A stretch of 64,000 nucleotides of DNA from Raillietiella orientalis (lineage: Eukaryota). The position numbers and the translations under genes were made by a program. How positions within the stretch are numbered: position 1 is the stretch's first letter; each line of letters starts with the position of its first letter. The stretch lies in the NCBI GenBank assembly GCA_036172245.1, contig JAYWIR010000023.1:1302001-1366000 (forward strand), written 5' to 3'. The notes under the pieces were generated by a model. It was not told where the DNA came from, searched no databases, and saw only the letters and a list, made by a program, of their open reading frames with translations. Below, piece after piece: positions 41,220-53,600 of this stretch.

Positions 41220-42900
41220 TGATCCCTGCTCAGGATAGCAAACACGGAAAGCAGAAAGTGTTTGGAGAGCTGCGAGAGTCCCTCGGGTCTGTGAGAGTCT
41301 GGCTCTCGACGTCAGGGGTGCTCAGCGGCGCGCTGAGCTGCAAAAGCATCCCTCCGACGAATATCCTTCCTCTCCTCGAGCGGCCTCCGAGAAAATGCAA
41401 GTGGGCAGGGGAGATGACGTGATTTCCTTGCCCCTCTTGAGCTCACCCTTCCTCTTCTGACCTATTGACACTTCTCCGCACCGTAGGCACGGATTCCATT
41501 TCTCTCGCGCGGAGGACGCGATCAAAAAATACCAAAGGCGTGCCTGTTGAAAGAAACGGAGAAGAGGGGCGCGCAAATCGCTTGTTTGCTCTGTGCAGAT
41601 CATGGGGGGATTGTGTTTTTCTGAGGAGGGGGGGGGGGGGAACTAGTCACTCTTTAGGGAAACTTCTTGGAACGTCCCTGAGTACTGTTTCCCGGGTTTG
41701 GATCAAAGAGCGATCCCAGATCCCGGCTCTTTCGCCGAACCGCCCCTCGAAGAACGCATAATGGGGAGCAGCACCCGGATTTGGAGCTCACAGCCGCATT
41801 CCCGGAAGGGGGAACGTGTTTTCCGGCAGGCAGACTGCAGCTCGCTCACGAATGCGTGGAGCCGTAAACACGGATTGCGTGTCCGATAGCATGCGTGCCC
41901 TTCATTCCACATTCCCTGTCTTCCAGAGAGCCGCGTCTCGAGCCTCGTCGTCGACGAGGCACGAGCGAATGTCCACCTCCCACCTTCCTTTTCGTCTCTC
42001 GCAGCCCCCTTCGCTGCAGAAGGGCAGGCACGAGGCAGAACGCTCGCGGGCCAGGAGACCTCAGTTGCCCTTCGGTAATGGTCTTCCCCGAATTTAGTAG
42101 GCGAGTAGCAACCTGCGTCAGCAGAGGGGGGAAGTCGCAGAAATCCCTGAACCGGGAAATGGAGCAAGGAGTGGATTCCTCAGCGTCACTCCTCCGTGGA
42201 GCCGAGGCCACGAGGGGAAAGGCTGAAGGCGAACGCAGCAAGAGCTCTCTCCTCGTCTGTGAGGAGAGCATTAGGGAATTCGGTCTGAAAGGAGTATGTT
42301 GCTTGGATCCTGTGATTTGCAGTCCATGTCGGTGGGTAGCACAATTGAAGGACATGTGAGAGGAGAATTCCAGTCATATCTTGCTAATCGGAGTCGCCCT
42401 GCAGGAAGTTTCTTCTGAAGCTGCAGAAGCGCGTGGGTTTCTCGTCCGCTTCTCCGGTTGCTCACCAGCTGGCGTAACGAGCTGATGAACATCCAGAGGT
42501 CAGTGCATGCACCGTGTGCCCTGTGACAGCGGACAGATCGCGCAAGCGTGCCTGTGAGGTGCGGCGGAAGGCAGGGGGAGAGTCCGGGCTTCCTGATATT
42601 CAGCGTCCACTACGAGTTGGCGCTGAAGGCAACGTAGACGGCGCCGAAGAACTTGCCAAGCTCGTTTCCCGATGCCCTGCCCGTGTTCTGCCTGCGTCGA
42701 CGATTTGTCGCTGTTGCCGGACGTCCACCCACGGTGCTCACTTGGATTCTTCGTGCCGACTCGTCAGGATGCGGTCACCATCGACTTCACGGCAAGTCGA
42801 CGGCCGCTCCTGTAGTTCGTGTGTTACCGGATCCTCTTGGGTATCCTCCACAGACATATCTTTAGGTTCCTTGGCATCCCTTCCTGAGCAGTAATCACGT
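41220..42900 (-). pseudogene. Endogenous viral L fragment: N-terminal region to motif F
   Basis: LLTQVATRLLNSGKTIT (GHP region), LRAPLLRFF (RRxL region) and VSIGQKRKGELKRG (~41431-41472; KERELK). Confidence 0.62.
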
Positions 42901-45130
42901 AAGGACAAATAGCGGGAAATTCACTGAAGCCTTCCTTTCCTGTCCCAAACAGATGTTCCTTGGATACTTCCAAAATACCTTGGACCGCCCTCTCGTGGAG
43001 ATAGGAATACGTCAGCAGTCATGAACAGGGGAACGCAGACAGGATCTACGGAGAAAAGAGATGCAACTGTGCACACATTTTCTGTACATGCTCTACAAAG
43101 AGGAGCACCGACTTCCGTACCCCCAGCTGGCAGGAGATCGCTGAAAATCGAAGCTTCCGAAGAGCAGCATGGGAAGCAGGAGGCCCGAGAAAAGACGTTG
43201 CCGAAGAACTCGACCGAGAATGAGATCCACTTTGAGGATGACAGATCACGCTCCACAGGAGCCGACATGCCTGCCGCGTGTGCATGCTCCAGCGCACAGA
43301 GAGAGGCACAAGACTCCCTCGTCGAGGAGCGTCCGGGTCACGGAAAGTCCTCGCCCTGCGCCGCTTAGCACCGAGCGGATTCCCTCCATGTCGAGATTCC
43401 TGCTGCCCCTTCCCGCACTCTGCACGCCTAAGCGGACCCTGGAGTTTTACAGTCTCTCCCTGTGGTCTTTAAGAAAGAGACTGTAGTTTGTTGTGGCTGT
43501 TCGTCACGCCTGGGGTCTCAACGAACGCATCCAGCATATTTTTCAAGAGTGCTGGACGTTGGAGCACACCATGTTCTTCTGCTTGGTGCCTGGGGATCTT
43601 GTATCCCCTTCAGCACCTCCTTCAGCTGTACTCCTTGTCACTCGTGCTCCCGGAGATCCTTCCACCAGTGATCGTATTGGTGCTGTTTCGGACACGAAGC
43701 GGCGAACCCATCCTCGGTATTGGCTCTCCTTGAGCTGAGTGTTGTCGGATCATCCGAAGCCGTTGCGAGGTTACTCGAAGGGGCAGAAGGCGTCCAAATG
43801 ATAATGACTCCCGCATCTCCCTGGAGCTCCAGCTTCAATCTGGTTCCAGGTGTCGGCAAGCTGGGGGCCAGTGAATCCCAATGTTTCCAGCTATCCTTTC
43901 TGATCCAGCTCGCTAGTCTATCATGCCTGTAGGCGAGAAGGCCGGGAATGCTGACGTAGCGATCTGGAACATGAGACGGGTATTCTTTCCCACGTCACAT
44001 ATGTTTTGCTTCTTTGGCCTACGCCATTCATGTGAATAATGCTCGAAGAGTTCTTCATGTTGAGTCGTCCTCCGTGGTCTAGTATGGAGAAGGCAGAACT
44101 GCTGGAGTGGACTCGCAACTCCAGAAAAAGCAAGCCTTCCAGCGTCTTTCATACCGAACTTTCCCACATGGACCGGAAGCTGAGAAATGAAAAAGAAAGG
44201 AGCAGAGAAGGAAGATCGGCATTCGTTTTCGGAAGCAGTGTCGGGATGAAAGTGTTCCACGAAACGGACCACTCTCTGCACTAACCGGTCCGGAAGTGAA
44301 AGCAACCGAGAAAACGGTCATCCTCATTCGGATGTCATGAATAGGGACGGGTGACAGGAAGCGAACCCCATGAGAGCACATCAATAGGGAATGCCAAGGA
44401 AAAGATGGACTGACTGTGAAGGAAATGGCGACGCGAAAAATTTGAAGGCTGCCATCTGAAGAGCTGCAGAACGCGGAATAGTCGGAGAGGACGAGGCCTC
44501 GAGACAAGGACGCTCAAGCAGCAGCTCGGTTCGAAGTGCAAGGCATTCAGGGACGGAAAAGTCACCTACCTGCAGCCAGGATCCAGAAGGCGCGCTAACC
44601 GTTGTTTGCTTGGTAGTTGGTCCTCATGCAAACATTCCCTGCCGGTACGTCCATCGAGCAGGATTGCCACGATGTTTGCCGGACGGGAGACAAGAGGTAA
44701 ATAATCAGCGACACTGCGCGAAGGAGCTGCTTATTTGCTCGGGGCGCCTCTCATGATTGCACTTCACCCTGGTAGCTACCAGAACTTCGAATTCAGCCTG
44801 ACGAATTTGCTGCTGCACCTCTGCCCGCCTCCGTTGCTCAGAAATGCTCGCATCGAGGGCGACGCATGTCCCTCCAGAGCTTTCCATGAAGCGGTAGAAA
44901 CTGGAGCGGTAGAGTGGAGATTCGTCTTCTTCCTCGGGAAGAAGAGGTCCTCGAAGATGGCTTCTTCCTGAGCTTTGGACACTCCGTGACGCCGACCTAA
45001 AACATCCAACCGTCCTCGAAGAAAAATGGTGCCATTTTGTTTGTTGTTGTTTTTGTTTTGAGCGTTGAGCAGAGGAGAAATGCCCCTCTTCTTCAGTTTC
45101 CTATGCTTTCGGAGTCTGGAGGTATCGGAA
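42901..45130 (-). pseudogene. Endogenous viral L fragment: motif B to CR V
   Basis: WKALEG (motif B-like), QGEVQ remnant at ~44757-44772, QLPVHVGKFGMKDAGRLAFSGVASPL (~44105-44182; cf. rhabdovirus LDPSLGGVSGMSLSRFLIRxFPDP), DDPTTL and PRYFGS. Confidence 0.78.
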
Positions 45131-45159
45131 GCAACCAAAGCTGACCTCAGAGTATTCCT

Positions 45160-46312
45160 CGAGAACCATTCGCCTCCCTAGGGAGGACTCGCTCTTGAAC
45201 GAGGGAAGCTCTTGAACACTGCCCACGCCACCCGAGGGTGAGTTTTACTCTTCAGTTTATAGGGAATAACCCTAGGAGGGGACCACCCTATGAATCCAGG
45301 AAGGTCCCGGAGGAAGGAGTCGGTTCCTCTTACGCTTGGGAGGGAACCTCGAAGGGAACGTATTCCCTATTCTCTCCCGAGGGACCCCCCGGAAAAGGAC
45401 ACTACTCGTTTCTTCTCCAAAGATACCCGGAAAGGATCCGCTCCTTGTTTCCTCTTCTGAAGAGAACCCTAGAGATACTGAACCCCTGAAGGGACGATTC
45501 CCATTTTCCCTGAAGGGTCTGCTCCCCGAAGGGAGAAGCGTGCTCTTCTTACACTCTGGAAAGACAGTTCCTCGAGGAGGCGGCTCCCTTTTCACAACCA
45601 GAGGGAAATCCCGAAGGGTACTGGCTCTCCTTGATTCCTGGAAGGACACTGGAAGGTCAACTTCCACTCCCGGCCAGTCAACTGGCTGTTTCCGGCTCCC
45701 ACCAGTGTCGCACCTCCAACGGCGCGGTGGGCAGGAATCCCTACCGCACCTCCTAGTGGACTGTGTTGCCCTCCGACACCTTTAGGGACGCTTTGTTGCA
45801 ACCCTTGTAACCCCCGGCGGCAATACCAAAGACATTTTAAAGCTCCTCTTCCTGCGCGATGTCCTCACGCCGGCCGCATCCCTAGCAGCACTTTGCTGCC
45901 CACGCAGCGGGACCGTAGCTGCATGGAGCAACGTCAGAGGAGGCCAGAACGACAGGTGCGCCATCTATTTTGCTGTCCTCTTCATGAGGACAGCGTCAAG
46001 ATGGCCCCTTATGGGAACCATAAAACAGGAACTTGCAGGCATCCTTACAGGGATGCAGAGGACGCCCTCCAGCACACATTGATTCCTTTCAGCATCCCCT
46101 TATTCCATTTTTTGACTGTATATTTTTTGTTTAAATTTTTTTTTCTTCTGTTTGTCTCTCCTTCCCCTGTGCTGTCAAGGCGAACCCCGCTGACCTTCGC
46201 GCCAGTTCCGGCAGATTCCTTCTCGTAGTTATAAGTAACGCGGCAGTATCAAACGTCCTGCCACAGATATTGTATGTTTAATTTATAAATAAATACATAA
46301 AACTAAAATAAA
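45160..46312 (+). mobile_element. Composite element copy A3: hairpin array fused to LINE zinc knuckle, ORF2 end and AT-rich 3' tail
   Basis: 45160-45620 matches A2/A4, then DSWKDTG..QRRGGQESLPHLLVDC. 45730-46070 resembles the reverse complement of 61330-61660. Ends in AATAAA-containing AT-rich sequence. Confidence 0.72.
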
Positions 46313-46315
46313 TTA

Positions 46316-46380
46316 TCCATAAATTAAAATTTTATAAATAAACTTATAAATAAGCCCCGGTGTGACCGGGTGTCAACTAG
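46316..46380 (+). mobile_element. Possible 65-bp mini-Helitron or Helitron 3' terminus
   Basis: A|TC start, hairpin CCCGGT-GTG-ACCGGG (46356-46370), then CTAG|T (46377-46381). Confidence 0.45.
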
Positions 46381-46384
46381 TGAC

Positions 46385-46930
46385 GCACCCACAGACCGGG
46401 TTTCCTGAGCACAGAGTCTGACCCTGGTTCCTTCCCATCCGTTCCAGTCCGGCGCGAGCCCATAGGGAAACATGCTCGCCACCGTAAGAATCCAGTCCAT
46501 CTCATCCCTATTGACTGATTCGCTTGGTGGTCTCGTGTCATCGCCCTTCATCGTCGACCTCCCCCAGGGCGCTTCGTATCTTTTCGCTGCGGGTCGACAC
46601 TTGCTGGACTCTTTCCATGGCAAATGCGAAGACTCCAGAAATAGTGAAAGCACTCTTCCCTCATTTTTCCCGTATGCTTGAACTTTTTGAGGATAGATTA
46701 TCCGTTTTAAGGCAAACACCAAGCTTAATGTCTGAGGATAAGCGCCGGCGCTGATGTTGCAGCCTTCAACCCGGCATAAAACTCGAAGAGCAGGGATCGA
46801 AGCTATCAGACAGCGGCCTTCCCGAATACCCTGAATGCGATGTTCCTCCCAATCCCGATACGTTGGAAGTGGAATGCATGGATGTGGAAGAAGAGGGGTC
46901 GAACCAACTCCTGCGGTGAGCCCCAATCCA
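46385..46930 (-). pseudogene. Possible rhabdovirus-like nucleoprotein fragment (long open frame)
   Basis: R..GRCLIASIPALRVLCRVEG, AYGKNE and PPSESVNRDEMDWI loosely follow the C-terminal half of rhabdovirus N. Confidence 0.38.
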
Positions 46931-46999
46931 AGCCATCAGATTCATAGGCCGAAAAAATTTAGAATGAGAGGATGGACCCGTAGTCTACACGGCAAAGAC

Positions 47000-49900
47000 C
47001 GGAAGCAGTAGAATCACGCTTTCATTATTCTTCTCGTGCATTCCCGAGCCTCGTCATCATCCATTCCGGTCCTTCAAATGAGTGGATCGGCAGGCTGGGA
47101 TGGGATGATTCCGGTGCATTTGGCTTTCGATTCCTGTTAATTAAGGAGGCAGGAACTTTCATTTCTCTTCACGAGAGCACGCATCAGGCCAAAGCAAGCT
47201 TCGCCTTGCTCACTGCAATAAAGGGTGTTGCCTTGAATGTACAGGAAACATCTCTGAGAAGCATTTGGGGATAGTTCTGCTTGAGCGTGACCACGGTTCG
47301 AGCACAATGAAGCTTTTTCTACGTCCCTCAACACTTCCCTCAGCATTCAAAGCCTTCATCTGCCAAATGGGAATGACAAAATGCATGCTGTTCTCGGGAA
47401 AGTGCTTAGATAAGACATGTGTGTTGTACTGGAAATCCTAAGAAAGAGGTTTCTGAGTTGAAGAGACGCCGTGCAAGATTGGGTCCAATGAGTAAGTGAG
47501 CAGCAGCTGTTTCCAATATGATCAGAAAGTTGGACCACCCTCGAATCGTGTGAACAAACAAACTTTCGGAAAACAAGCAGGTGGTTGTCTTAGGATACGC
47601 CTCCAGCGCGTCTGAGTTTTCTTTGTCTCGCGTGTCTCCTGTGAAGTTCCTTGCTGGAGGCGCTCTTGCTGATTCCTCAAACGATCACTTCCAATGGCAG
47701 CCAGTAGATATCAGTGGGGGCACAGGGAGTACAAACATTATATGACCTTGGTCCCCATCGGCTAGAGAGGAGAGGAGGCTCGCCATCATTTCCACTGCTT
47801 TTTTCATTTCTTTCCTTGACTGAATAGGGGTGCCATTCATGTGAGATTCCTGCTTCGCAGCAGATGCCTCAGGAGATCATTTCCAAAGATGTTGCGTGAG
47901 CACGGAATACCGAAACACACCAGCTCGTTTCGGACGTGTTCCGTCTGGTGTTGAGGCATAATCTTAAACTCTCATGATAGACAGCGCCGCATCGCTCTCT
48001 GAGTACAGGATAACAAGCATCCTGCAACAAGTGCTCTTCTTTCCTCTGAGACTCTTTTAGCAGAGAAGTAGCGAACCAGTTATCCGCATTTGCCTTTTTT
48101 TTTTTCAGGACTTTACGTCGAAAGACCCTCAACGTCTCCAAAGACGTTGGAGGTCTATCGAAGGAAAAAGCAAGATCCAGAATGGCGGCACTTTCCTTTT
48201 CTTGCAGCTGCATCAAGTCGGTCTGAGGTCTGGGAATCAGCGGCGCCGGCTACGGGCTGGTCCCAGGTCACCATCCTTTTGTATCTGAAAGGCTACTCAG
48301 AGGAGTAGCCTTTTGGACGTGTGCTGCCATCTCGTTGTTCCTCAGCGCGATTGGAAGCTGGCTGCAGATGTAGTGATTCAGCATGTTTGCGAGCAATTCC
48401 ATCCATGCCTTGACCTTCGACGCATCACATCCTACTCTCCGTTGCTAGTGGACACAACTCGTACAGGCAGCTAGGCTGAGCTACACCGCATGTATGAACC
48501 GGTGATCAACAAACTTCCGCTTGCTCTCCATCGAAGAGGAGTTGCTAGGATGCGCGTGCTGTCTCACCCTTGATCGGGATGCTTGCTCATCAGAAAGGGA
48601 AACGCTTTTTTGAGCTGGAGGATGCACGGATCGGAGTCAACTTCTTTCTCATTCCAAGAGGATGAACCTGCTTTTCTCCAACGGTTATTCAGACCTTGGA
48701 GAACGACAAGGTTGGCGTCCATTCTTCCGGAGACCTGGCTGCCAACTGTGCAAAGACTGTTAATGGAACTGCTGGATCTGCTGAATTTTTTTTGGATATC
48801 GCTGGTCAAGAGCTTCCACAAGTCCTCTTCCATTGGCGTCTGAAGCCGTTAAGCTAGGAGGTAGTCTAAAGGCGGGCACGACTTTTTAGGCAACGTTCCA
48901 AGGTCAACAACGTTTCCAGCAACTTACCCTCGAGGGTAAATATGCTTTATGGAAGCAAAACAGTTCCGCTAGTCTAATTTTAGACAAGAAGAAAGGGGTT
49001 AGTTATGGGTCGTAAGAACAAAAGATGCACACAGTCTTGTACAATGTAGCGGATGCGGACACAATGCAGCCATTTGGCGAATGCAGGCACGATGCTTTGA
49101 CTACCTCCTCTTTCTATTCCCCAAATCTTCACACTGATCTCCGACTACATTCTGTTGGGAATTACATGGAATCCTCAGCTCGTGGTAGACGTGATGTACT
49201 GGAAATGGTCAGGTCTTATTCGATTCGATGAACAGGGTTTCGAAGTGTTGCGGCAGCTGATGTGAAGGGTTCCTCCAAGTGAAACTCTCTGCACTTCATT
49301 CTCGAGGCGTGCTCTGCAGTCCGACGATTATGATATCGGGAGACAAGTCCTTCATCAAGTTCTTTGAATGAGAGGAACTTCATAAGATGCTGCGATTCCT
49401 AGAAACGTGTCCCGTCGATACTGACTATGGGTTGATTAGAAGTGACAGTCTTTCCTTGAGAGATGCACGCACCTTCAGTTTTCATCCTTGACTCAGTGTT
49501 AGCGGAACTAAGATTAGATCGATGGCCTTGCTCAGTTGGAAATCATTCGAGGTTGTTCTGCGTCCTCTCCAGGGATTTGTGATCTGAGGTGGAGTGCAAA
49601 GTTTTTGAAGGAATGAGATCTCTTTATATATACTTAGGAGCAAGCGAAGCAGATCACAACGTAGTCAGGAACAAGATGGCGATGCAGGTGATAATGGAAG
49701 AAGGAATCCGCATTTCTTCCCACCTCCACGAAATGCTCGAGTCAACAGCTTTTATGAATTTCTGCACACGGCACTGATCATGATCGGCACTGGTACGCTA
49801 CCTTAGCCACAGCCCTTAGCTATCTGGAACAATGGCTTTTCCGTTGACCAACTTCCGAAGTCAGCACCGATCTTCTTTCCTCTCCACAAGAATGTTCCCT

Positions 49901-51150
49901 TAGTTTACAGGTCATCCGCTGCCCCTATGTTTCGTTCCAGGACCTGAAGCATTCGCAATGCTGAAATCGAACTTCACTGCTCTTCAATTGATAGCTGATT
50001 CACGCTCTTCGATGGAGTTGTGATCGTCTCAGGTATCGCTGAACCTTCGTCATTTACAAAACGGGATCCCCTAGAGAGATACATCGTTCCCACATGGGTA
50101 AGTTTTTTATATGCATAAGATGAGCGGCATGAGATCACCAAAACGAAAAACAAAAAACAAACCAAACAAACAGGAGGAGGGTTGCGATTTCAGGTTCAAA
50201 GTTTTGAGCTGAAGATTAGAAACCTCGGCACTTCCTATTTCAAAAAACCCACAGACTGAGAAGAGAGTACTTCAGTTCTCATCAGGAAGAAACGCCTCCG
50301 TTATGGAATGCAAGATAAGAGGTACATTGAAGGATAAATCAGTGAGCCGGGATTCCTCCGAAGATTCCCTGGTTTTTATTGGGGAACAATACCTCTCCAC
50401 TCCTAAGGCTGATATTCCTCAGATTGATTTCACCCTTTCGTTCGGATGACAACGTGCTATGTGGGAACACTGACGTACGGTAGTAGTGCGTGGAGCCAAT
50501 ATTTGCGTGGACATGAAAGGATTCTAGATGCGTTGAATCGCTCAGGTGATGGATGCTATAGAGATGGTCACTTAAATCTAAACGGTCTAACTGATTTCCC
50601 GGTGAACTTGAAATACTTCTAGCAATAGATTGCAATCTATCTTGCTATTGTTTCGTTTTAGAAATGATCTTTTCAGGGACTTCCGAAACCAAACAAATAT
50701 AGACAGAATTGTATAGCGAATTCTATAGATAGGTCAGTAGCTCTGTTGTCGATGGCAACACATTGCAGGCTGTTGCCTCCACTACGTTTCGAGTAAGGAA
50801 CTTCAGATGTTTGAGGAAATAAGTCGTTGACATGGACAAGGTCATCACCAATCTAGCAGAGTCAGCTAAGAATGGATAGTGAGAATACCAGCCGAGTTTC
50901 GTTTACCGATTCGTAGGGGATGCTCACGGGTTATCGAAGAGTGTACATGGAGGTTCGTGGCGGCAGAAATTATCGTGGTGTTCGACGCTTGCCTTTCTTT
51001 CATTCCAGTGATGAATGTACATCAATATACGTTACAAGCAATATTTTTGCTTTGTGCTGTTGTCTGCATCCTTTGGAGAGATAGGTCTCGTGAATGCAAT
51101 CTTTGAGCAGCGAGCATCGCCATCAGAGATTTCTGGACATTAGTGCTCTA
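47000..51150 (-). pseudogene. Endogenous viral L fragment: N-terminal region through CR V (longest collinear copy)
   Basis: LTHVGTMYLSRGSRFVNDEG (GHP region), ESRMKTEG (~49471-49495; motif F), KLLETL (motif D), QKKFSRSSSSIN, DLAFSFDRPPTSLETLR..NWF..YPVLRER (CR IV), SRWGP..CTP and EAYPKTT. Confidence 0.8.
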
Positions 51151-51199
51151 CTCCGAGCAACTTTTTGACCACCAGTTCAAGTTCCCTTTCGAAAATTCA

Positions 51200-52847
51200 A
51201 GATGTGCCGTTCACGGAGGATTCCGAGGACCTGCATCCCGATCCTCAGACCACCGCCCAATCTGAGGATTAGATTGGAGGTCTCGAGGTGTGCCCGAGAC
51301 CGCCAAGGCAGGGGATGAATCTGTTCACTTTCAGGTTCGGGAACGCGCCAGAGGCTCTCAGACAGCTCCAACGTATCCTCTTGCTTCCGCATGGGTCAGA
51401 GAAGATGAACGTCATCGTGTTACCCGTTAGATCGAATCGTTTGTGGACTTTACCACAGAACGAGGAAAAAAGATTGATCAAACCATTCAGCAGCCCGTTC
51501 CCTACGAAAATTACTGCCCTCCTCTGCTTCACCCTAGAATGTCTGGTTCTCGTCGGAGTGGAAGGAAAAAAAAATATTATCCAGTAAAGCCAGTGATTAG
51601 GGGTTCCGAAGTATGGACCATCTTGAACTTGGGTGAGATGACTGAGAAGTTTGGCTCTCTCTAGCGATGGAGCCCGGGTCGTCGGATCCCCAGCGGTCTC
51701 ATTTTGGTAAGCAAAACTGGCTCCGAGGGATGAACCAAACAGTAGGTAAAGACTCACCCAATGCGGAGCTCGTCGGATCCCACGAAAAATGCTGGTTGCT
51801 GAGGACAGCAGGATCGCAGCATCTTTTGTCTGCGTTTGGTTTTCGCAGCACGTGTTCATGGGGGGCTCAAGCAACGACGGAGGAATTCCCAGCATGGCCA
51901 TCCTCGAGCCGCTCCGTTCTGCTGATAGAATCGGTCCAAACTGAATCCACGATTGGTTCAATTGGGACCGACTGACTCATCTTGTGCCTCCAGCAAAGAT
52001 GTTTTTAGAGCGTTAGATGGTTGAGAAGACCATCTCCTTCCTCAGCTCTTCTGCTTTCTTCTTCGAAGCCCTTGGCTTCTTGAGTACATCGTGAGTATAT
52101 TCCTAAGTACATTCTGAATGCTCGCAGAATCCCATGATCTCAGGAATCCCACGGCGACTTGTTTCTGGAGTTATCCTTCGAGGCAAGCCAAAGAGTCGGT
52201 CCAAGACAGTTGCTTTTGCTTTCCAACCTTGCTCCTCTGGTGCCGCGGCGGAGTGTCCTTGTTGCCACGCTATCTCGAAGATGACCGGTATGCCTTCTCG
52301 CTGGGAGAAGGGAAGCGAATCTTCTGAGATCATGGAAGCAGGAATCCTCTGAGGAGTGCTCAATGTCTCTCCTGTCGAAGTACCTGACCCTGAAAACGCA
52401 TGGCGCTCAAGAGTGGAGCCTGAAGCCAGCCGCCGAGAAAGAGCCACTTCTGTTTCCGCCTTCAGTATAGATCTTATTTGCAATCACTGCAACGAGATCT
52501 TGCAGTTCTGTTGTGGCAAGGGGTTCCATGAGAACAGCCTTTGTCTATGGTTTGGATGATTTTAACTCCCCGGAACTTGAACGAGAACGCGTCCTTGCAC
52601 AAGTTTTTGTAGGTATCGCTTGGGAACGGGAGCTAGCTGCATCCGTTTTCTTATGGAGCATCTCGAAAATTTCATTTCGTTTTCAGAAATCCAATGAACG
52701 CCGACCGGTAAATTCATTAAAAGCCACGGACAATCACATTTTTCACATAAAGACGTTTGCTGCACACAGAAGCAGACGTCTTCAATAAATGCCGACTGGT
52801 GCATTTGCAGCAAACGTTGCCGAACGGGAAAAGTTCCTATGACAACG

Positions 52848-52908
<61 letters not shown>

Positions 52909-53600
52909 AAACAATGAAATGAAGGAATTCAGAAAAGCTGAGACAGTGTTCTCAGAATGATATAAAGTTGCTGATATTTAAATGATACCGTTACAATTCG
53001 AAGAGATACAGTGTGGAACATGAGGGCATTCGTGCTTCACAGAGGAGCATTGTACGTGTTCTCGTTCTCGGAGAGAGAGTGCTTGTTCACGCCCATGAAA
53101 ACCGAGGTCAGAGCTCTGAAAGCTTCAGAGAATGGAACACAAAGGAAATAAGAAATCGCCTTCCCCATGGTTTCCACAACTGTGTCTGAAGAGTGCCGCC
53201 TACCTTATGAGTGTATTTGGTCACTGAGGGCAGTCTGCTCACTGAGCTAAAAAGGAGTGATTCAGATGTGTATTTTTCGAGTCAGTTCTAGCATCCTATG
53301 CTGAAGGGGGAAAGAGAAAGGAAAAAATTTGCAATCAATCTACAATCGCTGATGTGCTCTCTCACTGTGGAGATGGTTTCCCGTGAGCTAACAGGATGTT
53401 CAGGAGTTCAAAGGTGCCTCACGTGACCCAGAGGATTTGGTTGTCACCACCAGGGACCTCGAAATGAAGTTCATGGCTGCAACACGTCTCTCTTGGAATC
53501 TGTCGACACAGATACGCAGAGCGGTGTGATGCACACCAAAGAACTCTAGTCGACAAAGAATACCAGGAGCACTGTTTCAAGCGGCAACTCCTCCTCGACT
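51200..53600 (-). pseudogene. Endogenous viral L fragment with a recognisable catalytic motif C (GGDNQIL) through CR V
   Basis: GGDNQILWV at 53451-53425 (GDNQ is the Mononegavirales RdRp motif C). Downstream LYLLFGSS..PSLERAKLL (CR V). Confidence 0.85.
52849..52906. repeat. Long (CA)n microsatellite inside the L fragment
   Basis: Seen directly. Confidence 0.95.

Noticed and set aside
43913..44305. CRE/R2-type retrotransposon LPxxxGGLG motif
   Set aside because: Neighbouring motifs fit Mononegavirales L order, and there is no YxDD reverse-transcriptase motif.
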